A stretch of 64,000 nucleotides of DNA from NCBI GenBank assembly GCA_048941015.1, contig JBHLNZ010000009.1, positions 16,169 through 80,168 of the forward strand. Direction: 5' to 3'. This document shows positions 43,970 through 53,504 of the stretch, piece after piece. Made by a program: the position numbers and the translations under genes. The stretch is from Promethearchaeota archaeon. Its GTDB lineage: Archaea > Asgardarchaeota > Lokiarchaeia > Sigyniarchaeales > SOKP01. The notes beneath the pieces are model-generated. The model worked only from the letters and a program-made list of their open reading frames with translations. It had not been told where the DNA came from and searched no databases. Every line of letters begins with the position of its first letter. Position 1 is the stretch's first letter.

Positions 43970-44929
43970 TTGAGCTATTTAAAAATGAAAGATAGTCTTA
44001 ATATAGGACACTTGTCGACAGCTTATCATACAAATTTTATTTTAATGGGAGAGAAAAGATTAAGTAAAGATCTCAATAGAAATATCAACTGGCTTCTATT
44101 TGGAACAGGCCCAGCGATGGTTAAGGCTTTTTTAAATGGGAAAATTGATGCTGGCTATATGGGTTTGCCTCCCGCAATCATAGGAATAAGTAATGGGGCT
44201 CCAATTAAATGTGTTGCGGGGGGGCATGTTGAAGGGACAATAATGATCGCTCAAGATGAATATAAAAATATTAAAGAGTTAAATAATAATATAGGAGATG
44301 TATTGTCTCAGTTTAAAGGAGAGACTATTGGGGTTCCTAGTAGGGGATCTATTCATGATGTTATTTTAACTCATTTTTTAAACAAATATCATCTAATAAA
44401 TGAAGTACATATAAAGAACTATAAACAAGCAGAATTTATAGCAATAGATATGGAAAAAAATATATTAGCAGGGGGTGTTGGTACTCCTGCATTAGCTGTT
44501 TTTGCTCAAACAATTTTAAAATCCCAACTTATAATTCCCGCTCAATATTTATGGCCAAATAATCCTAGTTACGGTGTATTTTTTCATGAATCTTATATTA
44601 AAAATTATCCTGAAATAATAATTAAGTTTCTTAAACATCATAAAGAGGCATCAACTCTACTTCGAACTGATCAATCAATAGCCGCTGAAAAAATTTCTAA
44701 TACGTTTGGAATTATAACTAAATCTTATGCTGAATCTGTTTTAAAAATATCCCCCAAATATTGTATCGCACTTACAGAAAATTATGTAAAAGCAACAATG
44801 GAATTTGTTAATAAACTCCATGAATTGGGCTATATCAATGAAAATCTTGAAGTTGACGATATTTTCTACTTTAATTTTGTAAAAGAAGTACATCCTGAAG
44901 ATGATCATTATATAAGCCTCAAAAATTAA
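43970..44929 (+). CDS. SsuA/NMT1-type substrate-binding fold protein, no signal peptide
   Basis: FGTGPAMV..GKIDAGYMGLPP, IGVPSRGSIHD. Confidence 0.8.
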   Translation: MSYLKMKDSLNIGHLSTAYHTNFILMGEKRLSKDLNRNINWLLFGTGPAMVKAFLNGKIDAGYMGLPPAIIGISNGAPIKCVAGGHVEGTIMIAQDEYKNIKELNNNIGDVLSQFKGETIGVPSRGSIHDVILTHFLNKYHLINEVHIKNYKQAEFIAIDMEKNILAGGVGTPALAVFAQTILKSQLIIPAQYLWPNNPSYGVFFHESYIKNYPEIIIKFLKHHKEASTLLRTDQSIAAEKISNTFGIITKSYAESVLKISPKYCIALTENYVKATMEFVNKLHELGYINENLEVDDIFYFNFVKEVHPEDDHYISLKN

Positions 44930-45018
44930 GAATTTAGCTAGAATACTAAATTTAAAATATAAACCCTTATAATAGTGCAAGAATAAAATTCATATAAAAT
45001 ATTAATTATAGTTTCTAT

Positions 45019-45582
45019 ATGCAACTTGATCATATTGATAAGCAAATTATAAATGCTCTGTTTTTAAACGGACGTGAGAGTCTCACTAATCTTGAAAAAA
45101 TTATTTTCAAATCTAAGCAAGAAACAATGAGTCATACGGGAATCTCTAAAAGAATTTCTAGATTAGAAGAAGCAGACATTCTTAAGGTTCAAGCAAATGC
45201 AAATATAAAAAGATTAGGTTATAAAGCTTTATTTATTCTGATGGAAATGCGGAATTATGAAGAAGAAAGAAAGATAATTGAAGCTTATTCAGAATGTCCA
45301 AGAGTATTTTTGTTAGCCCATGTTACAGGACAGTATAATTTAATATTAGGGATAATGGGGCAGAGCATTGAAGTTTTACATAGATTTCTTAATTATTGTG
45401 GCCCTACCAATAAGGAAGGTATATTACATTCAGCAACTATATTTGTCTCAGAATTAATTACTCCTACATTTTTGCCATTCAATATATTTAGTTCAGAAAG
45501 TAAAGAACAAAAGTGTGGTAACATGTGTGCAGAATGTACCGCATATTTAGATGGTAAATGCAGGGGTTGTGGAGAATTTTAA
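45019..45582 (+). CDS. Lrp/AsnC regulator with Cys-rich tail
   Basis: HTH, ECPRV, TGQYNL, CGNMCAEC..CRGC. Confidence 0.88.
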   Translation: MQLDHIDKQIINALFLNGRESLTNLEKIIFKSKQETMSHTGISKRISRLEEADILKVQANANIKRLGYKALFILMEMRNYEEERKIIEAYSECPRVFLLAHVTGQYNLILGIMGQSIEVLHRFLNYCGPTNKEGILHSATIFVSELITPTFLPFNIFSSESKEQKCGNMCAECTAYLDGKCRGCGEF

Positions 45583-45671
45583 TTGCTCATATTAACATAA
45601 TTTAATTTTTATTATTGAAGTTCGTTAATAGTTCTTTAACTTTTTATATAAAGACGATCTTTAATTTTTAC

Positions 45672-45750
45672 TGTTTCAAATTGAAACAATTAAGGAGAAA
45701 ATGTTTGAAATTAAAACTAAAGTGAGTATAATTGTTTAATGTAATCAAAC
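45672..45750. promoter_or_regulatory. Triplet of 15-bp GTTT-N7-AAAC boxes (45673, 45703, partial 45734)
   Basis: First box is the palindrome TGTTTCAA-A-TTGAAACA; spacing 30 and 31 bp; TATA-like sequence follows. Confidence 0.65.
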
Positions 45751-45801
45751 TAGCAAAATATAAGGATATTTTTTTTAAATCATCGATTCTAATCATATAT
45801 T

Positions 45802-46365
45802 ATGGAATTAGACAAAATTGATAAACAAATTCTAAATGCATTATTCATTGATGGAAGAGAGAGCTTAAGTAACTTAAGTAACCAAGTCGAAAAATCAGAT
45901 CAACAAAAAATGAGTCATACAGGAATAGCAAAAAGAATTTCTAAATTAGAAGATTCTAGAATTTTAAAGGTTCAAGGAAATATTAGTATTTCAGAGCTTA
46001 ATTATTATACGGCTTTTATACTTATGGAAATGAAAAATTATGACGAAATTCAAACCATAATAGATCAATACTCCGAATGCCCAAGAGTTTTCTTATTAGC
46101 TCATGTGACTGGACAATATAACTTAATTTTTGGAATAATAGGACAGAATGTTGATGTTTTACGCAGATTTATAAATTATTGTGGTCCTACTAATAAAAAA
46201 GGTATTTTGCATTCAGCGATTATCTTTGCTTCTGACATTATAAACCCAAAATTTCTACCTATAGACCTTTTTAGTGGCGTTAGTAAAGAGCATAAATGTG
46301 GTAATATCTGTAAGGGTTGTGAAGCATTTCTCAAAGGCGATTGCTGTGGGTGCGGTAATTTTTAA
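45802..46365 (+). CDS. Lrp/AsnC regulator with Cys-rich tail (tandem paralog)
   Basis: Same length as and collinear with 45019-45582; CGNICKGC..CCGC. Confidence 0.88.
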   Translation: MELDKIDKQILNALFIDGRESLSNLSNQVEKSDQQKMSHTGIAKRISKLEDSRILKVQGNISISELNYYTAFILMEMKNYDEIQTIIDQYSECPRVFLLAHVTGQYNLIFGIIGQNVDVLRRFINYCGPTNKKGILHSAIIFASDIINPKFLPIDLFSGVSKEHKCGNICKGCEAFLKGDCCGCGNF

Positions 46366-46672
46366 TAATTCCAAAATCAATTTAAGTCTTTTAAATTTTT
46401 CAATAGTTTTGCATTTTACTGTATTAGTTTGAACTCTTGTCTAAAATTAATTTGTGCTATAGAATTGAATTTCAAAAACTCCTCGAAATTCTTTTAAAAA
46501 TGAAGTAAAAGAATAAAAAATTGTGAAGATTATTTACTAATAGAATATAATTATAGAATATTTTTATCCATTTAATTCCATTTTTAATTCTTTTTCTATC
46601 GTAAATAATTTATAAACCAAATTTATAAATAGAATTTTTGGACTAGCCTGTCTAAAGTAAAGAAATTTTTTT

Positions 46673-46748
46673 GTTTCATATTTAAACTAATCAGAAGAAT
46701 TCATTAGATCTTTAAACCCATATTAATTAAATTGTTTAAATTATCCAG
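46673..46748. promoter_or_regulatory. GTTT-N7-AAAC box triplet (46673 full; 46703 and 46734 half sites)
   Basis: GTTTCATATTTAAAC; same 30/31-bp spacing; TTATAAAA follows. Confidence 0.55.
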
Positions 46749-46915
46749 ATCTAGTAAAACTTATAAAAGAAGTAATAAGTTTTAAAAATTAAGGTGATAT
46801 TTTAAAAAGAATTGAAAAAATAGAATTTTCATAAACTTTTTAAGAAATATTTAGAACAAATCTAAAAATATAAAATAGCAAAAAACCAAAATTAAACAAA
46901 TATTTACACGAAAAA

Positions 46916-47566
46916 GTGAGTAATTTAATGAAAAAAAGAATAATCCCTCTTTTAATAATCAGTAGCTTTCTTTTAATAACAATTGGAGGAGTTGTAGCAT
47001 ATCCTTCTTCTATTGAGACTTTTGCTGGTGGATCACATACAGGATGTCATGCTGGTGTTAGTCCTACTACTGAGAGTGTTGGTGCGACAGTAACCTGTAA
47101 TTCTGTAGAAGGTACTTCTTTAAATGCAGGTCAACAGTTCACTATAAATGTTGTAATTGAAAATTTTACTGAAGCGTTAACTATAGATAGAAATAGTATG
47201 GTGAGTGTAGCAGTTCCCCGTACTCGAGGCGATAATGCAGCATTTGGCACCCTTTTAGAAGATCCTATAAGAGAACATGATGTTACATTAGATGTTAATG
47301 GAGATTCAAATGTTTCGGTAACTTTTAACTTAATAGCTCCATTCACTAACGGAGATTATGATATCGTCGTTGATGTTTTAGCTGCCGCAAATCATACTGA
47401 TGGAAGTGCTTTAGGTATAATTTATGCAACAGATACTTTAAGCATAACAGTCAGCGGTGGCCTGATTCCTGGTTTTGAAGTCTATACCTTGATTGGAGTG
47501 CTTATAATAACAACTGCATCAATATTAATGATTGTACGTCGTAGGAAACTTAAAGCTTCAAAATAA
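46916..47566 (+). CDS. Exported HxxCH-motif protein (Reeler-like beta domain) with IPGF sorting tail
   Basis: Signal peptide ..VVA|YPS, SHTGCH, TFNLIAP, IPGF-TM-RRRK. Confidence 0.75.
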   Translation: MSNLMKKRIIPLLIISSFLLITIGGVVAYPSSIETFAGGSHTGCHAGVSPTTESVGATVTCNSVEGTSLNAGQQFTINVVIENFTEALTIDRNSMVSVAVPRTRGDNAAFGTLLEDPIREHDVTLDVNGDSNVSVTFNLIAPFTNGDYDIVVDVLAAANHTDGSALGIIYATDTLSITVSGGLIPGFEVYTLIGVLIITTASILMIVRRRKLKASK

Positions 47567-47776
47567 AATCTAATTCTTTATTATTTTTTTTTTTATTTAT
47601 AGACCTATATTAACGATTAATCAATAAGAATAAATTTTAAAAACAAATTAAAATAACTCCCAATTAAAAGGAATTAAAGATAATTTTTAATCAATATTAA
47701 TACAACTAATATTTACCATAATTATACAAATATAAACACATATATTACAAAAGATTATATTCATCTGTGTGATAAA

Positions 47777-48487
47777 ATGAAGGAAATCTCTAACTGGTTC
47801 AAAAGAGACTATTTACTTGTCATCTCAATTTCATTACTAATTATAAACTTATTTTTAATTTTTTTATTAACATTCTTTAGTCGTATCGTTTACATGATTT
47901 TTTTTTATCATGTTTCGTCGGCTTGGCTTTCTTACTTTTCATTTGCTATAAGTTTAATTTGTCATATTTTATACTTAAAACAAAAAAAATTGTCTTGGAA
48001 TCGTCTTGGTAAAAATAGTATTATTGTAGGAGAATTTTTTTGTGCCGTAACTCTTATTACAGGGTCGTTATGGTATAATGCAACCTCAGGAGGTTATAGT
48101 AATATTTATTGGCAATGGAGCGATGCAAGACAGACCATGACTTTAGTCTTATTCCTTTCTTATCTATCTTATTTAATTTTTGGGAATATGATTGAAGAAA
48201 GAGAAAAAAAAGCTAAATTAACTTCTATATTGGGGGTCATACTTTTTCCCACAGTTCCTCTAAGTTATTTTTCTGCAATTATATTCGCAAGTCTACATCC
48301 GTTAATAAATCCTAATCCAAGTCAATCAGGATATATTTATTGGGACTTCATGAAGCTATTTATATTATTTCTTAATTTAATAGCAATATCTCTATTTTTC
48401 ATTCATGTTGTAAAAGATTTAGTAGAATTAGATAAAACTAAAGAAAGATTAAATGAAATTATACAAAAAAATTTGAGAGAAGAATAA
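47777..48487 (+). CDS. ccmC: Cytochrome c maturation heme transfer protein CcmC
   Basis: FYHVSSAW, TGSLW...YWQWSDAR (WWD-like), SLHP, 6 TM. Confidence 0.88.
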   Translation: MKEISNWFKRDYLLVISISLLIINLFLIFLLTFFSRIVYMIFFYHVSSAWLSYFSFAISLICHILYLKQKKLSWNRLGKNSIIVGEFFCAVTLITGSLWYNATSGGYSNIYWQWSDARQTMTLVLFLSYLSYLIFGNMIEEREKKAKLTSILGVILFPTVPLSYFSAIIFASLHPLINPNPSQSGYIYWDFMKLFILFLNLIAISLFFIHVVKDLVELDKTKERLNEIIQKNLREE

Positions 48488-48492
48488 AAAAA

Positions 48493-48636
48493 ATGTCACA
48501 GCTTCTATTAGACTCCATTACAATGACAATTAGTTACGTTTTATTTTGGTTCGTTATTATTATTTTAATTTTATATCCTAAATTGCGTCTAAAAAAAATA
48601 CGAAAAAGAATTAAGAATTTGGAGAAAAATAAATAA
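48493..48636 (+). CDS. ccmD: CcmD-like single-TM peptide (not in ORF track)
   Basis: Hand translation MSQLLLDSITMTISYVLFWFVIIILILYPKLRLKKIRKRIKNLEKNK*; YxxxW TM and basic tail; sits between ccmC and ccmE. Confidence 0.7.
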   Translation: MSQLLLDSITMTISYVLFWFVIIILILYPKLRLKKIRKRIKNLEKNK

Positions 48637-48651
48637 GAGTAAGAGATTAAA

Positions 48652-48990
48652 TTGAAAAAAACGAAAATCATAGCTATTTTAGCAGTTATATTATCTTTAA
48701 GTCTTATTATTATATTAATATTTATCAATATACGCCCATATCTTAAAGTTTCCCAAGTTGTTTCGAATCCAACAAAATATGATAATCGTGAAATTCAAGT
48801 AATAGGGATTGTACAAGATTTTTCAGGAGGCAATTTTAATTTAACAGAAAATACCGATAGAATACTAATTGATGTATCTGAGATAACAATACCAAGTGAA
48901 TTGGAAAATGGACTTCAAATAGTTGTAATGGGGCGATTTAATGCAACATTGATTTTAGAAGCAATACAAATTCTTACTCAATGTAGTTAA
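48652..48990 (+). CDS. ccmE: Heme chaperone CcmE, Cys type, C-terminally short
   Basis: N-terminal TM, YLKVSQV, IQVIGIV, IVVMG...EAIQILTQCS*. Confidence 0.85.
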   Translation: MKKTKIIAILAVILSLSLIIILIFINIRPYLKVSQVVSNPTKYDNREIQVIGIVQDFSGGNFNLTENTDRILIDVSEITIPSELENGLQIVVMGRFNATLILEAIQILTQCS

Positions 48991-48997
48991 CGCTTAT

Positions 48998-49723
48998 TTA
49001 ATCAAAAAGCAGATTTTGAGAGACTAAACTCAAAATTGAAGCCATAAGAATGATATGTGCAACTAAAAATAAAATTTCATAAAGATAATCAAATATTAAT
49101 GCTAATTCTAACAATTTGATATTAATTGATATTATAGGAGTTGTTATTGGCAATATTATTGGAAATAATATAATTGGCAAAATAAATGATTTTTTTTTAG
49201 CATACATAGAAAGTGCTGATACTATTGTACCGCAGATTGATAGATCTATTGTAGGTAAAATAATACCTAAAACCAAATAATTCATTAATTGAGAAAATTT
49301 TAAATCAGGTATTAAAGGATTAGAAATAAAGAAACTAAAAAGAAGAAGTATAATTTCAATAAAACTTAATATTATAAAGCAGAAAAATATCTTGCTAAAT
49401 ATTAATATGTTAGCAGATATAGGTGAAGAAATTAAACCCCCTAAAGTCCCAGAGTCTTTTTCTTTAATAAATAATTTTGCCATTACAAATATTAGAGTAA
49501 AAAAAATTATTAACCATAACTCAATTATAAAGATCTCAAGCGGCATACTCTGATATTGTGTACTGAAGCTATATACAGAAGAAAAAATAAATATAGAAAT
49601 AATATCAAAAAGAAAGATTGAAACTATATCATTTATTTGGCGAACTTCTGATTTTAAATCCTTTCTTAATATCAAAAAAAATAACTTAATACTTTGTTTC
49701 AATTTCAGTTTCATTTGATTCAC
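48998..49723 (-). CDS. ccmB: Heme exporter permease CcmB
   Basis: RKDLKSEVR, FIKEKDSGTL, LPIILFPIILP. Confidence 0.88.
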   Translation of the reverse strand: MNQMKLKLKQSIKLFFLILRKDLKSEVRQINDIVSIFLFDIISIFIFSSVYSFSTQYQSMPLEIFIIELWLIIFFTLIFVMAKLFIKEKDSGTLGGLISSPISANILIFSKIFFCFIILSFIEIILLLFSFFISNPLIPDLKFSQLMNYLVLGIILPTIDLSICGTIVSALSMYAKKKSFILPIILFPIILPITTPIISINIKLLELALIFDYLYEILFLVAHIILMASILSLVSQNLLFD

Positions 49724-49735
49724 TAAAATATTACC

Positions 49736-50458
49736 TTAAAAATATGATTCTATTTGAATTTCGCTATAATTTTCTCTTGTAAGGGATTTGTTAATCTTTC
49801 CCTTCTTTAAAATAATTAAATCATCACAAATTTTTGATAATAAATCGATTTTATGGGTAGTAAGAATTATAGTCACATTTTTTTCATTTTTCAAATTTTG
49901 AAGAAAGTTTGTCGATAATTCAGTTGCTTTATAGTCTAAACCTGAAAAAGGCTCATCTAAAAATAAAATGGATGGATCATGAATTAGAACTCTAATTAAT
50001 TCAACTTTTTGTTTCATTCCATGAGATAAGTTTCGAATGGGTTCATCTAGCCAGTCCTGGATTTCAAATAAAGTAGTATACTTCTCTATTTTATTTTTTA
50101 TATCATTTTTATTAAAATTATAATGTAGATTATCATAAAATCTTAAATTTTCACTGATCGTCAATTCCTCATAAAGAAAGGATTCATCAGTAGTAATCCC
50201 AGTTTTTTTTTTAATATAATATGGATCTTCCTCATAATTATATCCTTGGATGTTAACTTTTCCAGAAGAAGGTTTTAATAACCCTGATAAAATCTTAATT
50301 AGTGTTGTCTTTCCCGCTCCATTCGCTCCCGCTATCCCGAAAATTGTATTTTCTTTTACTTTAAATGAAATATTTTTTAACGCAAAAAAGTATCCAAATT
50401 GTTTTGAAACATTTTTACAATTTATGATTTCTTTATTTTTGATTGCCAAATTCTTCAA
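49736..50458 (-). CDS. ccmA: ABC ATPase CcmA
   Basis: GANGAGKTT, LSHGMKQ, LDEPF, TTH; directly upstream of ccmB. Confidence 0.88.
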   Translation of the reverse strand: MKNLAIKNKEIINCKNVSKQFGYFFALKNISFKVKENTIFGIAGANGAGKTTLIKILSGLLKPSSGKVNIQGYNYEEDPYYIKKKTGITTDESFLYEELTISENLRFYDNLHYNFNKNDIKNKIEKYTTLFEIQDWLDEPIRNLSHGMKQKVELIRVLIHDPSILFLDEPFSGLDYKATELSTNFLQNLKNEKNVTIILTTHKIDLLSKICDDLIILKKGKINKSLTRENYSEIQIESYF

Positions 50459-50554
50459 CTTATACTTATAAGATTTAATTTTAGAGTTTCTTATAAAATG
50501 AACTGGTTTAATTATTTTAAATTTAAATTAATAAATAAAAAAAATATTAAAAGT

Positions 50555-53245
50555 TTATTTAATAAATCTCTTAGTTCTAGATTTCATCCATAGAATAATA
50601 GATATAATCGGAATAGCTAAAGTAGTTGAAATTATTAGAGTTAAATCAAATCCCGATACTAATTCTTGATTAGAATTAATATTTGGTTGAGATACAATTT
50701 TTTTAACTGTCGCATCTTTAAATCCTAAGTGTGCTAATGTATCATTTGCATAAAACCTAATTAAAATATCCCCATTAGGCATGTTATCCCATAAATCTTG
50801 TTGTAACGTTTCGGTTAAACCTTGGATAGTTATATTATTAGACCAGTGAGTTCCATTATATAATGAATACCATATACTATCTAAGTTTGGTTCTGTTATG
50901 GAAATAGTAAAAATTGGAGCGTTCGCTCCGCTTTCTATGGGAAATGAAAGTACTGACAAAATGGGAGCACTTATATCTCCAATTATATTAATGAAGTTTG
51001 TAGTATTTGTATTTCCAGCAAAGTCAGTAGCATTTACTTGAACTGAATATGTTCCATCTTCAGTAATCATAAACGTAGTATTCCATATATCACTCCCTTG
51101 ATAATTTAGTTGAATGAATTGAATCTCACTAGGGGTTATTATCGTAGCCCATAATCCATTTGCATTGATGTCCGAGCTTCTATTTATAGCGGTAATTACT
51201 GTTAGACCATTTGATGGATTTGGAGAAACATAATCCAGTATTATATCAGGGGCAGAGATATCACCTGCGATATCAAGTAGATTAGTGGTATTTGTATTTC
51301 CAGCAAAGTCAGTAGCATTTACTTGAACTGAATATGTTCCATCTTCAGTAATCATAAACGTAGTATTCCATATATCACTCCCTTGATAATTTAGTTGAAT
51401 GAATTGAATCTCACTAGGGGTTATTATCGTAGCCCATAATCCATTTGCATTGATGTCCGAGCTTCTATTTATAGCGGTAATTACTGTTAGACCATTTGAT
51501 GGATTTGGAGAAACATTATCCAGCATTATATCAGGAGCATCAATATCGCCATAAAATGAATCTATTGTATATCCAATATTAGAATAAAGATCTGTCCCAT
51601 TTATTTTTACAATATGAATTCCTGTATCAAGAACTGTATAATTAGTTATCCATGTTCTTGGGCCACCTGTAGGGTACATCGTCCTATAAATAACTGTGTT
51701 ATTTGGAGCTGTTATATTTAACAATGGATTTCCAAATAACGGTTCATTTGATATAACAGTAATATATGTAAATCCATTTGATGGATTTGGATTTATTGTA
51801 CTTACAGTAAGAATTGGGGGGAAAAGATCGTCCGATACAACTTCAAAATACCTTTTGCTTACATTTACATTTCCAGCAGCATCCGTAATGTTAATTTCTA
51901 TCCAATAAAATCCTAGAGGGATAAAACTATTATTTTCAAAACTAAACAATCCGCTAGTTGATCCACTTGGATCAATTTGTGGTTTATTTTGAGCAACACC
52001 CCATCGAGAATCGTTTATAAAAATATTTAAAATATTACTACCTGTTCCATATGCCCATCCATTTATTGCAATAACGTTTCCTCCAATACTCTCTCCATCG
52101 TTTCCAGGATTTGTAATATTAACAAAAGGATTCACTATATCACCTGTAATGGTAGTTAATGTTGAGATATTGACATTTCCCGCTAAATCAGTAGCATTTA
52201 TTTGAACTGAGTATGTTCCATCTTCTGTAATAGTAAATGTGTTATTCCATTCATCTCCTCCTTGATAAAGTAAATCAAGAAAAACTTTTTTAGCACTTGG
52301 GGTTGTTATAGTTGCTCTTATTCCATCATTATTGATATCTGAACTGTAATTAATAGCACTTATAGTAGTTACTCCATTTGAAGGATCTGGGAGTACACTT
52401 TGTAGGTTAATCGATGGTGCTGTATTGTCAATAATCACATTTACAGATTCAGTATTATTCACGTTTGAAGGACTTGCACTATCATTTGCTTTTACAGTTA
52501 TGCTATAAAAACCATCAAATGCAGATAAAGTGTCCCATACGGCATCATAATATGAATCGACGTTTAAAGCCATTAGAATTGTTTGATTGTATGAACTTGC
52601 ATTAGTAATTTCTGCCCAGACTGAATCAATACCACTACCTCCATAGTCAACTACACTTGCGTTTATTATTATATTGCCTCTTCCATAGTTATTATTTAGT
52701 GGGTTTAAAATCGAAACTTCAGGCGGTAAGGTATCTGATGGAGCTGATTGAACTGTAATTGCATAATTACTTGATGCCCAGATGGTTTCGCTCCCACTTT
52801 TTCTATAAATCGCATCAGCGGTTAAGATGTATAATTGTTCTGAAACAGGAGCTGTAACTTGAAAATTAAATATCGCTGAATCTCCAGATGTAATATCTGC
52901 AGATACCATAGTAGTATTAAAACTAAATTGTTTGTTGTTTCCTCTGCCTGGATTTCCACTGGGGAATCCAAGTTTAAGCTCCTTTCCGTCCGCTTCATAG
53001 AAACTTTTTACTTGAACAGAAAGCATAAAAACCTCTCCAGGATCTACAGTATCTCCAGAATTCGATACAAATGATATATATCCAGTACTACTTTGAGTCG
53101 ATGAAGCAAAGTGGCACGAAGATCCATGAGAAGTTCCGTTAAAATCATCAAAATAGCTTGTATAAGCAACAGTAAATCCCGTCAATACAATTAGAAAGAA
53201 GATTGTAATTATTAGAGATAGAATCTTTCTTTTTCTATTTTTCGT
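50555..53245 (-). CDS. Large surface protein: HxxxCH domain on a stalk of Ig-like repeats with C-terminal anchor (track start 53185; signal peptide extends to about 53245)
   Basis: In-frame upstream KNRKRKILSLIITIFFLIVL, ..TVA|YTS, SHGSSCH, FQVTAP, repeated D..AP...DG.Y...ATD.AGN units, VSGF-TM-basic tail. Confidence 0.8.
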   Translation of the reverse strand, partial: TKNRKRKILSLIITIFFLIVLTGFTVAYTSYFDDFNGTSHGSSCHFASSTQSSTGYISFVSNSGDTVDPGEVFMLSVQVKSFYEADGKELKLGFPSGNPGRGNNKQFSFNTTMVSADITSGDSAIFNFQVTAPVSEQLYILTADAIYRKSGSETIWASSNYAITVQSAPSDTLPPEVSILNPLNNNYGRGNIIINASVVDYGGSGIDSVWAEITNASSYNQTILMALNVDSYYDAVWDTLSAFDGFYSITVKANDSASPSNVNNTESVNVIIDNTAPSINLQSVLPDPSNGVTTISAINYSSDINNDGIRATITTPSAKKVFLDLLYQGGDEWNNTFTITEDGTYSVQINATDLAGNVNISTLTTITGDIVNPFVNITNPGNDGESIGGNVIAINGWAYGTGSNILNIFINDSRWGVAQNKPQIDPSGSTSGLFSFENNSFIPLGFYWIEINITDAAGNVNVSKRYFEVVSDDLFPPILTVSTINPNPSNGFTYITVISNEPLFGNPLLNITAPNNTVIYRTMYPTGGPRTWITNYTVLDTGIHIVKINGTDLYSNIGYTIDSFYGDIDAPDIMLDNVSPNPSNGLTVITAINRSSDINANGLWATIITPSEIQFIQLNYQGSDIWNTTFMITEDGTYSVQVNATDFAGNTNTTNLLDIAGDISAPDIILDYVSPNPSNGLTVITAINRSSDINANGLWATIITPSEIQFIQLNYQGSDIWNTTFMITEDGTYSVQVNATDFAGNTNTTNFINIIGDISAPILSVLSFPIESGANAPIFTISITEPNLDSIWYSLYNGTHWSNNITIQGLTETLQQDLWDNMPNGDILIRFYANDTLAHLGFKDATVKKIVSQPNINSNQELVSGFDLTLIISTTLAIPIISIILWMKSRTKRFIK
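51003..51516. repeat. Intragenic tandem duplication, 285-bp period, 229 bp identical (51003-51231 = 51288-51516)
   Basis: Direct base-by-base comparison; corresponds to one 95-aa Ig-like unit. Confidence 0.92.
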
Positions 53246-53362
53246 TGAAAATCACCTTTAACTTTTTATTATTACGTTAAATTTTTAAACTTAAAATCAA
53301 ATTTTATTAAAATTTAGAATTAATTTAATCAAAAATTTGATATCTTTTAATCTTTTGTTAAT

Positions 53363-53438
53363 CAGAGTAATTTAAACAATCGATTTGCTTTCAGTTTCAA
53401 GTTTAAACATTTCTAAAAAAAAAGTTTAAATTATAAAT
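53363..53438. promoter_or_regulatory. GTTT-N7-AAAC box triplet (half 53363, full 53394, near-full 53424)
   Basis: GTTTCAAGTTTAAAC and GTTTAAATTATAAAT; 31/30-bp spacing; upstream of the stalk protein gene. Confidence 0.6.
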
Positions 53439-53504
53439 TAAGAATTTGATAAATTGGCCTGATAAAAAGGATAGTTTAAAAAATAAGACTCAATAGTTAT
53501 AAGT

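Noticed and set aside
48534-48728. 64-aa minus-strand ORF between ccmC and ccmE
   Set aside because: Antisense to the better-supported ccmD-like ORF and the start of ccmE.
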